From a bacterium (lineage in GTDB: Bacteria > UBA8248 > JACPRG01 > G963555815), in NCBI GenBank assembly GCA_963555815.3, contig CAUVWX020000001.1:1056001-1120000 (forward strand): 64,000 bases of DNA. The letters run 5' to 3'. Every line of letters begins with the position of its first letter. Positions within the stretch are counted from its first letter, which is position 1. Shown here one piece after another: positions 20,028 to 30,300 of the stretch. The notes below the pieces were generated by a model that was not told where the DNA came from, made no database searches, and saw only the letters and a program-made list of their open reading frames with translations. A program made the position numbers and the translations under genes.

Positions 20028-20465
20028 ATGAGAAAGCTTAGCGTCCCATTGCTCATTCCCGCCTTTGCTGTCGTGGTGTGGCTCGCCTTTTTGGCCAAGG
20101 GAGACGCCCAGGAGGTGGCCCTGCCCGGCTATGGCAAGGTGGAGGTTCTCACCATTTCTCCAGCGACTATTCCAAACACACTTCGATTGAACATCGAGCG
20201 AGGGCAGACTGTGGTCTGGGCCAATGGTACCCAGGGTTTCATGTCCATCGTCTTCACAGGCGGGCAGCGGGTGCACCGGACCTGTGTGGCACCGACTGGT
20301 TTTCACCTGACGGAGCGAGGGGAGTATAGCGCCACGAACCTAAACCCGGGCGGGACGGCCAGCCTTTGCTTTATTGAGAAGGGGAGTTACCCTTTCGAAG
20401 TGATTGGGGACCAACTTGCTGGGGTGGGACTGGGCCCTGTCAGAGGGGAAATTGTCGTAAACTAG
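20028..20465 (+). CDS. Secreted cupredoxin-fold-like protein, paralog 1
   Basis: Signal peptide, IERGQTVVWAN, F.EKGSYPF and GEIVVN pattern; two Cys. Confidence 0.7.
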   Translation: MRKLSVPLLIPAFAVVVWLAFLAKGDAQEVALPGYGKVEVLTISPATIPNTLRLNIERGQTVVWANGTQGFMSIVFTGGQRVHRTCVAPTGFHLTERGEYSATNLNPGGTASLCFIEKGSYPFEVIGDQLAGVGLGPVRGEIVVN

Positions 20466-20722
20466 ATTTGCTCGTTTTTGCTGGCCAGAACTCCCGATGT
20501 CCACCCTTCAGAGGGGGAAGGGATGTTTCCCCGATTCCCTCAGTTCCCGGAGGGAATCCCGATGGGCTGGAGGAGGGGACGGTCTTCCTCGCCTGGCTGT
20601 TCGGGACCAAAAAAATCTTGACAATTTGCCTTGCTTTCCTTTAGAAGTGGGATTCCTGTTGGGGGATTTGATTTATCCAAAGAGCGAGAAGGTAAACGCT
20701 TTCTTTGAAGAGGAGAATCCCC

Positions 20723-21199
20723 ATGAGGAAAGCGAAAGTACCAAGGCTTCTCCCCGCCTTTGTCGGTCTGGCTTTGCTCGTTTTTACAGCCAGTATCGAC
20801 GCCCAAGAAGAAGCAACCCTAGAGCCAGAAAACTTACCCGGCTATGGCAACGTCCAGGTCTTGAGGATCAGCCGGGATAAGCCCCTTTTTCCCCTACGGA
20901 TGTCTGTCGAGCGCGGTACGACCGTCGTCTGGGCCAATAACACAGAAGTTCCCCTTTCCATCCAATTCTCAGGTGGACACGAGGTGCGGCGAGCCTGCTC
21001 GGCGCCGACTGGCTTTCATCTTACGTCGAGTGGGACGTATAGCGCCAGCGAAGTCACCCCGGGTGGGGTGGCCAGTCTCTGCTTTGTCGAGGAGGGGAAT
21101 TATCCCTTCCAGCTGATTGGGATCTCTGAGGGTTCGCCGGTCGTTGATCGGGATGGGAACCCTGTAGCGCCCGTAAAGGGAGAGATCATCGTAAATTAG
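20723..21199 (+). CDS. Secreted cupredoxin-fold-like protein, paralog 2
   Basis: AGGAG RBS, signal peptide, and clear alignment to paralog 1 (LPGYG, TVVWAN, CxAPTGFHLT, ASLCF). Confidence 0.7.
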   Translation: MRKAKVPRLLPAFVGLALLVFTASIDAQEEATLEPENLPGYGNVQVLRISRDKPLFPLRMSVERGTTVVWANNTEVPLSIQFSGGHEVRRACSAPTGFHLTSSGTYSASEVTPGGVASLCFVEEGNYPFQLIGISEGSPVVDRDGNPVAPVKGEIIVN

Positions 21200-21256
21200 C
21201 TTCGCCTTATTTCGATGGCCGAATCTCCTGATGTCCACCCATTAAGGGGAGTATTG

Positions 21257-21850
21257 ATGGGCCGAAAGAGAGTGTTCTTCTTTGTTTCCTTCCTCACCCT
21301 TTTGCTCTTAGCGGGGACCGGAGGGGCCCAGGAGGTCATTCCGGAGGAGCTGGACAAGGTGGGAAGGGCGATTGGTGATATCGGGATTCAACCTGGCAAC
21401 ATCGCCCCCGCTTTTGAACTCATAAATCTCTCAGACCATATGAGGTCGCTCAAGTCTTTTGAGGGCAGGACTGTTCTCTTGAACTTCTGGTCCACATGGT
21501 GCATCCCCTGCCGTAAAGAGATGCCATCCATGGAGGCCCTTTACCGAGACCTTGAACCAAAGGGCCTCATGGTCGTCGCCGTCAGCATCAACACCGAGCC
21601 GGACTCCAAGCAGGCTTGTTCCACATTCGCCAAAAAGCTTGATCTCACCTTTCCCATTCTGCTCGACATGGAGCAGGAGGTCGCGGACGCCTACCGGGTC
21701 CACGGGATCCCCGTCACCTATGTGATCGACCCCTTGGGATTCGTTCGGGCGAGGGTTTTTGGGGAACACGACTGGTCTGAACCCCGCCTTCGAAGGTTTA
21801 TCGAGAATCTCCTCCCCCTGACCTCAGAGATGTTCAACTATTTCCCCTGA
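21257..21850 (+). CDS. TlpA/ResA-family thiol-disulfide oxidoreductase
   Basis: APAFEL, LLNFWSTWCIPCRKEMP and IPVTYVIDP. Confidence 0.92.
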   Translation: MGRKRVFFFVSFLTLLLLAGTGGAQEVIPEELDKVGRAIGDIGIQPGNIAPAFELINLSDHMRSLKSFEGRTVLLNFWSTWCIPCRKEMPSMEALYRDLEPKGLMVVAVSINTEPDSKQACSTFAKKLDLTFPILLDMEQEVADAYRVHGIPVTYVIDPLGFVRARVFGEHDWSEPRLRRFIENLLPLTSEMFNYFP

Positions 21851-21974
21851 TACCCTAACCTTCCCGTCCGAGATATAGACAGCCAGTCGCCGAATTCTTC
21901 TCCTAACCCAGCACAGAGTTCACGGGCTGTTCGTCTTGTGCTCTGAAGGCTTGATGGGGCGAAGGAATTCCCCC

Positions 21975-23720
21975 TCAGTCGAGCTCGAACTCTTTTCGCC
22001 AGTCGATATCGCCGTCGAGGGGGGGCTGCTCTTTTTTGTCCAGGAGGAAGTTGCCGAGGACGAGATAGTCCATGTCGGTGCGCATGAAGCACCGATAGCC
22101 CTCAGCGGGGGACTGGACGATGGGTTCGCCCCGGACGTTGAAGGAAGTATTGATGAGGACGGGGATGCCCGTCCTCTCCTCATAGGCCTTGAGAAGCCGG
22201 TAAAAGAGGGGGTTTTCCTCTTCTGTGAGGGTCTGGACGCGGGCCGAGTGGTCCACATGGGTGACGGCGGGGATGACCCTTTTCCCCTCCCGGACCTGCG
22301 CGACGAGGAGCATGTAGGGGCTGGGACAGTCCAGCTCGAAGAACTCTGAGCATCGATCCAGCGTCACCGTTGGGGCAAAGGGCCTGAACCCCTCCCGGAA
22401 CTTGATTCGCATGTTGACTGTGTTTCGCATCTCGACGTCCCGGGCGTCGGCCAGGATGCTCCGACTCCCAAGGGCCCTGGGCCCGAACTCCATCTTGCCC
22501 TGGAACCACCCGATGACATTTTTCTCCTCGAGGAGGCTGGCCACCTCCCGGACGAGAGACACGGGGTCGAGCTCTCGATACGTCGCCTTCACATTATCCA
22601 GGAAGGCCCGGATCTCTTCGTTGGAATAGCCGGGGCCCAGGAAGGCGTTCGGGAGGGCCCCCTGGCGCTCGTGGCCAAGGTATCGGTGCCAGATGAACTT
22701 GGCCACCCCCAGGGCGCCGCCCGCGTCCCCAGCCGCCGGCTGCACAAAGATGTCCTTGAAAGGCGTCTCTTTCAGGACCCTGCCATTCGCGACACAGTTC
22801 AGGGCCACGCCCCCCGCCAGGCAGAGGTTCGTGAGCCCGGTCTCCTCATGGAGGTGGCGGGCCATCCTGAGCATGATCTCCTCCGTCACCTTCTGGATGG
22901 AGGCGGCGAGGTCGAACTCCCGCTGGTACAGCCAGGTCTCGGGCGCCCGAGGGGGGCCCTCGAAGAGGTCCTCAAATCGCCGGTTGATCATCTTCAGGTC
23001 ATAGGTGTAGCCGAAATATTTCATGTTGAGGCGAAAGCTCCCATCGGGCTTGACGTCGATGAGATGCTCCATGATCCGGTCGTAGTAGGTGGGCTTTCCG
23101 AAGGGGGCGAGCCCCATCACCTTGTATTCGCCGCTGTTGACCTTGAACCCGAGGTAATAGGTGAAGGCGGTGTAGAGGAGGCCGAGGGAGTGAGGAAAGT
23201 TGATCTCGTGGGTGAGGGTGATCTCTTCCCCCCGCCCGAATCCCCGGGCCGCCGTCGCCCACTCTCCCACCCCGTCCAGTGTCAGGATAGCCGCCTCATC
23301 GAAGGGGGAGCAGAAGAAGGTGCTGGCTGCGTGGGATTCGTGGTGCTCGGTCAAAAGGATGGGTCCTCGGTAGCCCAGCTTCTTCTGAATGAGGTGGGGA
23401 ATGAAAAGTTTTTCCTTGAGCCAGATGGGCAGCGCGGTCAGGAAGGAGCGAACCCCCCAGGGGGCCACGGCCAGGTAGGTTTCCAGGATCCGCTCGAACT
23501 TGAGAAAGGGTTTGTCGTAGAAGCCCACGTAATCCACTTGCTCGATCCCGATTCCGCCCTCCCGAAGGCAGTGGCGGACGGCGTTCTTTGGGAAATCGGG
23601 GTCGTGCTTTTTCCGCGTGAAACGCTCCTCGGAGGCGGCCGCCACGATCTCCCCGTCCTGCATAAGACAGGCCGCCGAATCATGGTAGAAACATGAGATC
23701 CCAAGGATGTGTGTGGCCAT
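21975..23720 (-). CDS. NodU/CmcH-family carbamoyltransferase
   Basis: HDSAA, EERFTRKKH, EHHESHAAS, EFGPRALGSRSI and NTSFNVRGEPIV. Confidence 0.95.
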   Translation of the reverse strand: MATHILGISCFYHDSAACLMQDGEIVAAASEERFTRKKHDPDFPKNAVRHCLREGGIGIEQVDYVGFYDKPFLKFERILETYLAVAPWGVRSFLTALPIWLKEKLFIPHLIQKKLGYRGPILLTEHHESHAASTFFCSPFDEAAILTLDGVGEWATAARGFGRGEEITLTHEINFPHSLGLLYTAFTYYLGFKVNSGEYKVMGLAPFGKPTYYDRIMEHLIDVKPDGSFRLNMKYFGYTYDLKMINRRFEDLFEGPPRAPETWLYQREFDLAASIQKVTEEIMLRMARHLHEETGLTNLCLAGGVALNCVANGRVLKETPFKDIFVQPAAGDAGGALGVAKFIWHRYLGHERQGALPNAFLGPGYSNEEIRAFLDNVKATYRELDPVSLVREVASLLEEKNVIGWFQGKMEFGPRALGSRSILADARDVEMRNTVNMRIKFREGFRPFAPTVTLDRCSEFFELDCPSPYMLLVAQVREGKRVIPAVTHVDHSARVQTLTEEENPLFYRLLKAYEERTGIPVLINTSFNVRGEPIVQSPAEGYRCFMRTDMDYLVLGNFLLDKKEQPPLDGDIDWRKEFELD

Positions 23721-23729
23721 CGTTTCCCT

Positions 23730-23990
23730 CTAAAACTGTTTCTTGTAGCGCTCCGGGTCGTAGGGCTCTTTTGCCTTTGGGCTCCAATAGGTTTTGGCCT
23801 CGGGGTCTAGACGGAGATTTAGAGGGTTCTTGCCGAAGAGGCGGAGCAAAAGGCCGATGGGGGTGATAACGAGGTAAAAGAAAAGCGTGAGGAGGATCCG
23901 GGTGTTCACGAAGCCGAGGGCCTTAGCGAAGATCATCCAGCCCCGGTAGACAAGTTTCGCCAAACGGATGATGCCTCGAATCAAGGACAT
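23730..23990 (-). CDS. SxtJ-family membrane protein
   Basis: WMIFAKALGFVNTRILLTLFFYLVITPIGL...TYW...KQF. Confidence 0.82.
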   Translation of the reverse strand: MSLIRGIIRLAKLVYRGWMIFAKALGFVNTRILLTLFFYLVITPIGLLLRLFGKNPLNLRLDPEAKTYWSPKAKEPYDPERYKKQF

Positions 23991-23994
23991 ATTT

Positions 23995-25215
23995 TTATGT
24001 TTTTCCCTTCGGGATGAGGGAATTATCGAGCAGGAAATCCAGGAGGAAGCGGGCCGCGAGCTCGTGCCCCTTCACCGTGAAGTGTTTGTCATGCTTCAAG
24101 TAGAGTTCATATTCATCGTAGGGGTCGAAGGACCGGACTAGATTCAGATAGGGAAGGCGGTGTCCCTCGAACCAGCCAAGAAGTTCTTGTCCGGCCTTCG
24201 GGATCTTGACGTACTGAGGGGTCAAGACATCCTCGTGGGATTGGTAGAGGTGAGGGATGATGACGACGGCCATCCGGACCCCCTGGGTTTCTGACATCCG
24301 CTGAATCCCCTCCATCAGGGCGAGGCCTTTTCGCCAGTTCTGACGGCCAATCTGCTCCTCCGTCAACTTTTCTCCTTCCGCCCAGGCCTCTCTGACCCAG
24401 GCCGAATCCCCATCGATGAGATTGTTCCGGAGGCGGTAGTAGCGCTCCCCGAGGAAGTGATAGAGGTGGGAGTGCTGTCTCAAAAAATCTTTCACCGGAG
24501 TGGGCAGGATGTTGAAGGCCCGGGAGCGGACCTGAAGGTGGTCATCCTCGCGCTGCCGAAGCCTCCCCTCGGGGTCCACGTCAAACTTCACCCGGACCGA
24601 GGACAGAAGAGGCTGGCCGTCCTTTCCCCATTCCTGCTCCCCCAGGTCGAAATCGTTCCAGGGGAGAAGGGAAAGCAGGATGAGATCGGGCTCATAGCGA
24701 GGGGCTTTCAGCTTCACCGTCAAATAATAATGGGGCAGGTTGTAGCCGGGGACGCTGGTGTTGATCATTTCAAAGCGCGGGAGGTTTTTCGCCTCTCTTC
24801 TCCACTCGCCCTCGTTCAGAAGGGTTTCTAGGCGCGCCGGAAACGCCTGGTCGTTATTCACGCCCATCCCGAAGGGGAATGAATCCCCGAGGACGAAGAC
24901 CCTGAAAGTCCCGGGGGCCTTGGCCAAGGAGACCGGGCGGTCTCGGAACCCCTCTTCGTTCACCTGGATGAGGGCACTGAAATCCCCGTAGGGGCTCTGA
25001 TGGTCGTAAGTGACGCCGGGCCTCAGCCCGTAGCCCAGCCGGTCATCGGACTGATAAATGGGGGGGTGGAAGGACTCCCGGGCCCCTGGGGCGGCCAGAA
25101 TTTGAGGTTCGTAGAAGCGGACAAAAATTTCTGTTCCCCCGAGGACGAGGACGATGGCCCCCAGGAGAACCAGGAGATTTTTTGTCCACTCAGAAGGCCG
25201 CCTTTTAAAGCCCAT
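23995..25215 (-). CDS. Membrane-anchored SGNH/GDSL hydrolase
   Basis: N-terminal TM, GFRD, LGDSFPFG, ND and DKHFTVKGH. Confidence 0.85.
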   Translation of the reverse strand: MGFKRRPSEWTKNLLVLLGAIVLVLGGTEIFVRFYEPQILAAPGARESFHPPIYQSDDRLGYGLRPGVTYDHQSPYGDFSALIQVNEEGFRDRPVSLAKAPGTFRVFVLGDSFPFGMGVNNDQAFPARLETLLNEGEWRREAKNLPRFEMINTSVPGYNLPHYYLTVKLKAPRYEPDLILLSLLPWNDFDLGEQEWGKDGQPLLSSVRVKFDVDPEGRLRQREDDHLQVRSRAFNILPTPVKDFLRQHSHLYHFLGERYYRLRNNLIDGDSAWVREAWAEGEKLTEEQIGRQNWRKGLALMEGIQRMSETQGVRMAVVIIPHLYQSHEDVLTPQYVKIPKAGQELLGWFEGHRLPYLNLVRSFDPYDEYELYLKHDKHFTVKGHELAARFLLDFLLDNSLIPKGKT

Positions 25216-25342
25216 TTAGCCCCCTTGGGCGCTCTCGCCGGATCCTCCGGCTGGAATCTCATGCTCAGTGAACGCCTCTCAGGTCGTGGCCAAAAGGCGT
25301 CTAGGCCAATATGATAGCATGTTCGATGCGAGCGGGATAGAA

Positions 25343-26311
25343 ATGGGCGCTACTGTTTCGGCTAAGAACAAGAAAAGAGAGCTCCATCTGAGGACCCTCA
25401 GTTTTCGTCTAAAACCCCTCCCCCCTTTTCAACTGAGCCTGACGGTCTGGTCCCTGAGGCGCAGACCCCAGAACATCGTGGACCGCTGGGACGGCCAGAT
25501 TTATAGGCGGGTGCTGGTGCTGAAGGGGAGACCTCTGGAAGTCGCTGTCACGCAGACGGGTTCCTCTAAAACCCCGGTGCTTCAGATTGAGGTGACGGGT
25601 CAGCGGCTCCCAGTCAATACTCAATCTGTCGTGAAGGGGACGCTAGAAAGAGTTTTGGGTCTTCGGACGGATCTCTCGAAATTCTATGATTTGGCCGCGC
25701 GGGATCGGCAATTGGGGCCTCTAGTCGAAAAATTTCGTGGCCTCAAACCTCCGCGCTATCCCAGCCTTTTTGAGTGTCTGGTGAACGCCATCGCCTGTCA
25801 TCAGATTACACTTGCCCTTGGCCTAACCCTTCTGAACCGCTTGGTCGAGGCCTATGGCCCTTCTTTTCAAACGAAAGACGGGGTTTTTCATGCCTTTCCC
25901 CGTCCAGAGGATCTGGCTGATCTCAAGCCTGAAACTTTTCGGGCGCTCGGCTTCAGCCGCCAAAAAGCCTCCTTCATTCTTGGGCTCTCGTCTGCCATCG
26001 CCGAAAAGCATCTGGACCTGGAAAGGATTTCAACCCTTGGGGATGAGGAGGTGTTGGAACGACTTCAGGAAATTAGAGGGGTAGGGCGGTGGACTGCGGA
26101 ATACGCGATGCTCCGGGGTCTTGGGAGATTTCATGTCTTTCCGGGTGACGACGTCGGCGGGCAAAGAAATCTAAGGATCTGACTTGGCCTCAAAGATCCC
26201 CTGGATTACGACGGCGTCACCCGCATTCTTAGCCGCTGGCAACCCTACGCTGGCCTCCTCTACTTTCATTTATTGCTGGACAAGATTTCCAAGATCGGCC
26301 ACCTGTCGTGA
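25343..26311 (+). pseudogene. alkA: AlkA-like DNA-3-methyladenine glycosylase with an in-frame TGA
   Basis: HhH motif IRGVGRWTAEY and FPGDDVG. After TGA at 26180-26182 the frame continues LGLKDPLDY..RWQPYAGLLYFHLL to a stop at 26311. Confidence 0.85.
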
Positions 26312-26368
26312 CGGTATACAAGCCCGAAACTTTGGGGCCGCGGGTGGAATATGGTTGTGAAAACAAGG

Positions 26369-27295
26369 TTAAGTTTCTTCCAATAGCGCGCGGACGAAGA
26401 GGGTAGGGCCAAACGGCCTAAGATCTTTGATCCTTTCGCCTAGGCCCACGTAGCGGACGGGAAGGTCGAGTTCGTGGGCGATACGAATGACGATCCCCCC
26501 CTTGGCCGTGCTGTCCACCTTGGTCAGAATCAGGCCCGTCACGTTCACCTCTTCTTTGAACATCTGGGCCTGACTAAAGGCATTCTGGCCCGTGGTTGCG
26601 TCAAGCACCAGCAGGATCTCGTGGGGGGCGTTTTCTATTTCCTGACCTACCACCCGGCAGATCTTTTTGAGCTCTTCCATTAGATTCTTTTTGGTGTGAA
26701 GGCGTCCGGCAGTATCGGCAAGAAGCACATTGTGTCCCCTGGCCTTGGCCGCGCGAGCGGCGTCAAAGACGAGGGCGGCGGGGTCCCCCCCAGGCCGCCC
26801 CTTCACAAGATCGGCCCCAGCCCGCTCTCGCCACACGTCTAGCTGCTCAATGGCCGCCGCCCTAAAAGTGTCGGCAGCCGCCATCATCACCTTTTTGCCC
26901 ATCCCCTTGTACTGATAGGCGAGCTTTCCCACACATGTTGTTTTGCCCGTCCCATTCACACCGACGACGAGGACCACATGAAGGGGCGCCTCCGGGGGAG
27001 AGGAAATTTCTATCCCTTCGACCAGCTCAAGGAGTGAATCATGCACGAGATCCTTGACTTCCTCCGGCTTTTTTAACGTCCCTTCTTTTTTCGCCTGCTC
27101 CACTCTCGCGACGATCTCTTCCGTGATTTTCAGGCCGAGGTCGGCGCCGATCAAAAGCTCTTCCAGTTTCTCGATAAAGGCTGGATCAATCTGGCTCTTG
27201 CCCTTGACGAGACGCTCCAGGCCCGTCCCCAGACTTCCTCGGGTGCGGGCGAGCCCGCGTCTCAGGCGCTCAAAAAAGTTTTTGGATTCTTGCAT
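26369..27295 (-). CDS. ftsY: SRP receptor FtsY
   Basis: [21 protein letters not shown] and [10 protein letters not shown]. Confidence 0.97.
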   Translation of the reverse strand: MQESKNFFERLRRGLARTRGSLGTGLERLVKGKSQIDPAFIEKLEELLIGADLGLKITEEIVARVEQAKKEGTLKKPEEVKDLVHDSLLELVEGIEISSPPEAPLHVVLVVGVNGTGKTTCVGKLAYQYKGMGKKVMMAAADTFRAAAIEQLDVWRERAGADLVKGRPGGDPAALVFDAARAAKARGHNVLLADTAGRLHTKKNLMEELKKICRVVGQEIENAPHEILLVLDATTGQNAFSQAQMFKEEVNVTGLILTKVDSTAKGGIVIRIAHELDLPVRYVGLGERIKDLRPFGPTLFVRALLEET

Positions 27296-27348
27296 GGCAG
27301 GAAAAACACAAAGGACCTAAAAAGACCCTTTTTCGTTGAAGGGGGGGA

Positions 27349-30300
27349 TCAGGCTTCCGTGGTAGTCACCCTGGCGGCCTCTCCGTTGGTGGCGCCATCG
27401 TGTGTCCCGTTTCCGCCGTTTTTCCCATTTCCGTCGAGTGTCTTCCATTCCACAGAGACCACCTTGGAGACCCCCTTCTGCTCCATGGTGACCCCGTAGA
27501 GGACGTCGGCGAAGGTCATGGTGTGCTTGTTGTGGGTGATGACGATGAACTGGGTCTGGCGCGCGAGCTCCTCCAAGATGCCGATGAAGCGCCCCACGTT
27601 GTGGTCGTCCAGCGTGGCGTCCACCTCGTCCAGGAGGCAGAAGGGGCTCGGGCGGTAACGGAAGACGGCGAAGAGAAGGGCGATGGCGGTCAGGGCCTTT
27701 TCGCCCGCCGAGAGGAGAAGGATGTTGCTGATCTTCTTTCCGGGAGGCTGAGCCTGAATGTCAACGCCCGACTCCAGAAGGTTGTCTTCCTCGGTGAGGA
27801 CAAGACAGGCCCGGCCCCCTCCGAAGATGCGCCGATAAACCTCTCCGAAGGTAGCGTTGATGGCCTCGAAGGCGTCGACGAATCTCTTGCGGGTGGTGCG
27901 GTTGATACGGTCCACGGTCTGCCGCAGTTTCTTGATGGAAGCAAGCAGATCGTCCTGCTGTTTCTTGAGGAACTGGTGGCGCTCGGAGAGCTCCTCGTAT
28001 TCGTCCAGGGCGCCGGTGTTGACGTCGCCGATGCGGGCCATCTTGTCCCGGAGCTCCTCGAGTTCCCCTCGAAGGGTCGCCCGCAGCTCGTCCGTGGGTT
28101 CCTCATCCGACGATGGCTCCTCGTCCGAGGAGTTTTCATCTTCGAGGTCAATTTCCAGGTGTTCGCGGGCCTGCTGGCGGAGTACCTGGCGCTCAGCCTC
28201 AAGCTGGGCCACCTCCCGGGAGAGCTTGGACAGCGTCTCCTGGACAGTGTTCATCTCGTTCTTGAGGTGGCGGGAGCGCTCCTCCAGCCGGCTGAGGACC
28301 GTCTCCTCTTCCTGCGCCCCGGTCTCCTTCTGACGGATGGTCTCTTCCCCTGTCCGGCGCTGCTCAAAAAGTTCCTGGATTTGGGCCATGGCGTTCGTGC
28401 GTGTGGCCTCAAGCTCCTTGTCCTTTTCCTCGTCTCTCTTTTGTTCCTCCTCCAGGCGGCTTCTTCGGGTCTCCAGCTCGGCCATCTTCTCCTCAAGACG
28501 CCGGAGTTCCGAGGCGAGGTTGCTCGCCTCCGCCCGCATCTGGACGAGGTCCACCTTGAATGTGAGGAGGCCCTCGGCCTGACGCTGAAGGTCGGCCCGG
28601 CCTTCCTGGGTGCCGGAGGAAAGCTCGCCCATGGACCGTTCGAGCTCCTCCTTTTTGGCCGCCAGCTCTTCTCTGTTCCCGTCGGCCTGGGAGAGCTCAG
28701 CTTGCAATTGGCTGAGATCCTTGGCCAGGCGATCTTCTTCCTGTCCGAGGACGGTGAGGGCCGCCTCGGCCTGGCGGGTGGTCGCCGAAAGGGTTTCCAC
28801 CTGCCCCAGGACTTCAGCCAGACGGTGTTCTCCCTCTCTTCCGCTTTGGCTCAACTCCTCCGTCCGGGCCTGCAAGGCCTCCCGCCGCCCTCGCAGCTCC
28901 TCGCGGCTCGCCTGGGCCTTCTGCAATTTTGTCTGCCCCTCCTCCCATTGGAGGCGGAGGTCTTCCATCATCCGTTTTCGTTCAAAGGGGCCGTGCGCCT
29001 CCTTTTCATACCCGCCCGAGAGGATTCCAAAGGGAAGGAGGATCTCTCCATCTCGAGTCACGAAGGTGGCCGAGAGCCGCCCTTCCTTAAAGAGAGAAAG
29101 GGCCGCGTCCAGGCTCTCCACGATCAACACCCGACCCAAAAGGACTTTTAGGATCGGAGCATATTCACGGGGGTGATCCACCACGGTTAGTGCAGAGGCT
29201 ACGACTCGAGGATCATCAACAGGTTTCGAAAGAGGGGCCTCGGCCTCACTGGGGTGGAGTGGGAGGAAGGACTCGCGACCCGCGCCTGACTCCTTGAGAT
29301 ACCCGATGGCTTGGGCAGCGTCCTCCAGTCTCTTTGTCAGGAAGGCCTCGATGAGATCTCCGAGGACAGCCTCGATGGCCTTCTCAAATCCCGGTTTTAC
29401 TTTTAGGACCGTCTGGAGGGAGCCTGACACTCCCTTCCCGGGTTTCGGTCCCTGCCACTGGTTGAGGTTTTCCTCGGTTGTCTCAAGGGCCGTCAGAGAA
29501 ATTTTTTGGGTGGCCAGCTTTTCTCTGAGGAGATAGATCGCTTCCTCTAAATTGCTCAGCTCTGAGCCGAGAGTTTTGGCCTCCAGAGCGGATTTGGCCT
29601 CGTTCTCCTTGATCTCCTCGGTGGAGGCTCGAAGCTCTGTTGTCTTCTTGCGGGCCCCGTCGAGCTTGTCGGACTGCTCGGCCAGGCGATCTTTTTCTGT
29701 CTTGGCCTCAGCCAAGAGGGCCTCCCTTCGTCCCTCCAGTGAAGGGAGCTCTCGGCGAAGGGATTCCAGGCGGTTGTCGGTGCGAGTGAGCTGATCCAGG
29801 ACGGCTAGCACTTCCCCTTTTAAGCGCTCAAAGGTCTCTTCGCGTTTCGCCTGAAGGGACTTTTGGGCGTCCAAGGAAGAATTTTCTTGGGCCAGTGCCT
29901 CGTCGCCCTGTCGGGCCTTTTCCTCGGCCCCCTCGGCCTTTTGGCGGGCGAGGCGAAGGGCCTCGTCCACGCCTGCCCTTTGTGGCCTGACGGAGGCGGA
30001 CTCCTGCTCTCTCTCTTTAGCGGCGTCGGCGAGGGCATCCCGCTGCTCTTGGCAATGGTTTAGTCGGTCCTCAAGGCGCACGATCTCACTCTTGGCGTCA
30101 AGGGTCTGGGTGCGAAGCTTCGAGAGGACCTCTGTCTCCTCGCTGAGGGAGACGCGACGTCCTTCGATCTCGCTATCCACGGAGGACCATTCGGCGCGGA
30201 TGGCTGCCTCCCGGGTCTTGACCTCCTCGTAGGCCTTCTGCTGGGGGAGGAGAAGGCGCTGAAGGCCAGCGTGGTCCAGGCGAAAGAGCCGACCCTCCAT

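Noticed and set aside
21975..25215. Saxitoxin-like cluster (sxtI/sxtJ homologs)
   Set aside because: The carbamoyltransferase-SxtJ-SGNH module is widespread, and no sxtA, sxtG or other toxin genes are present in the window.
26180..26182. Selenocysteine at the alkA TGA
   Set aside because: The context suggests Trp, not Cys, and there is no convincing SECIS; a nonsense change is simpler.
27400..29151. Long antisense ORFs (583 aa opposite smc, and similar ones opposite other genes)
   Set aside because: These are shadow frames expected in GC-rich DNA, fully overlapping well-supported genes and lacking motifs.
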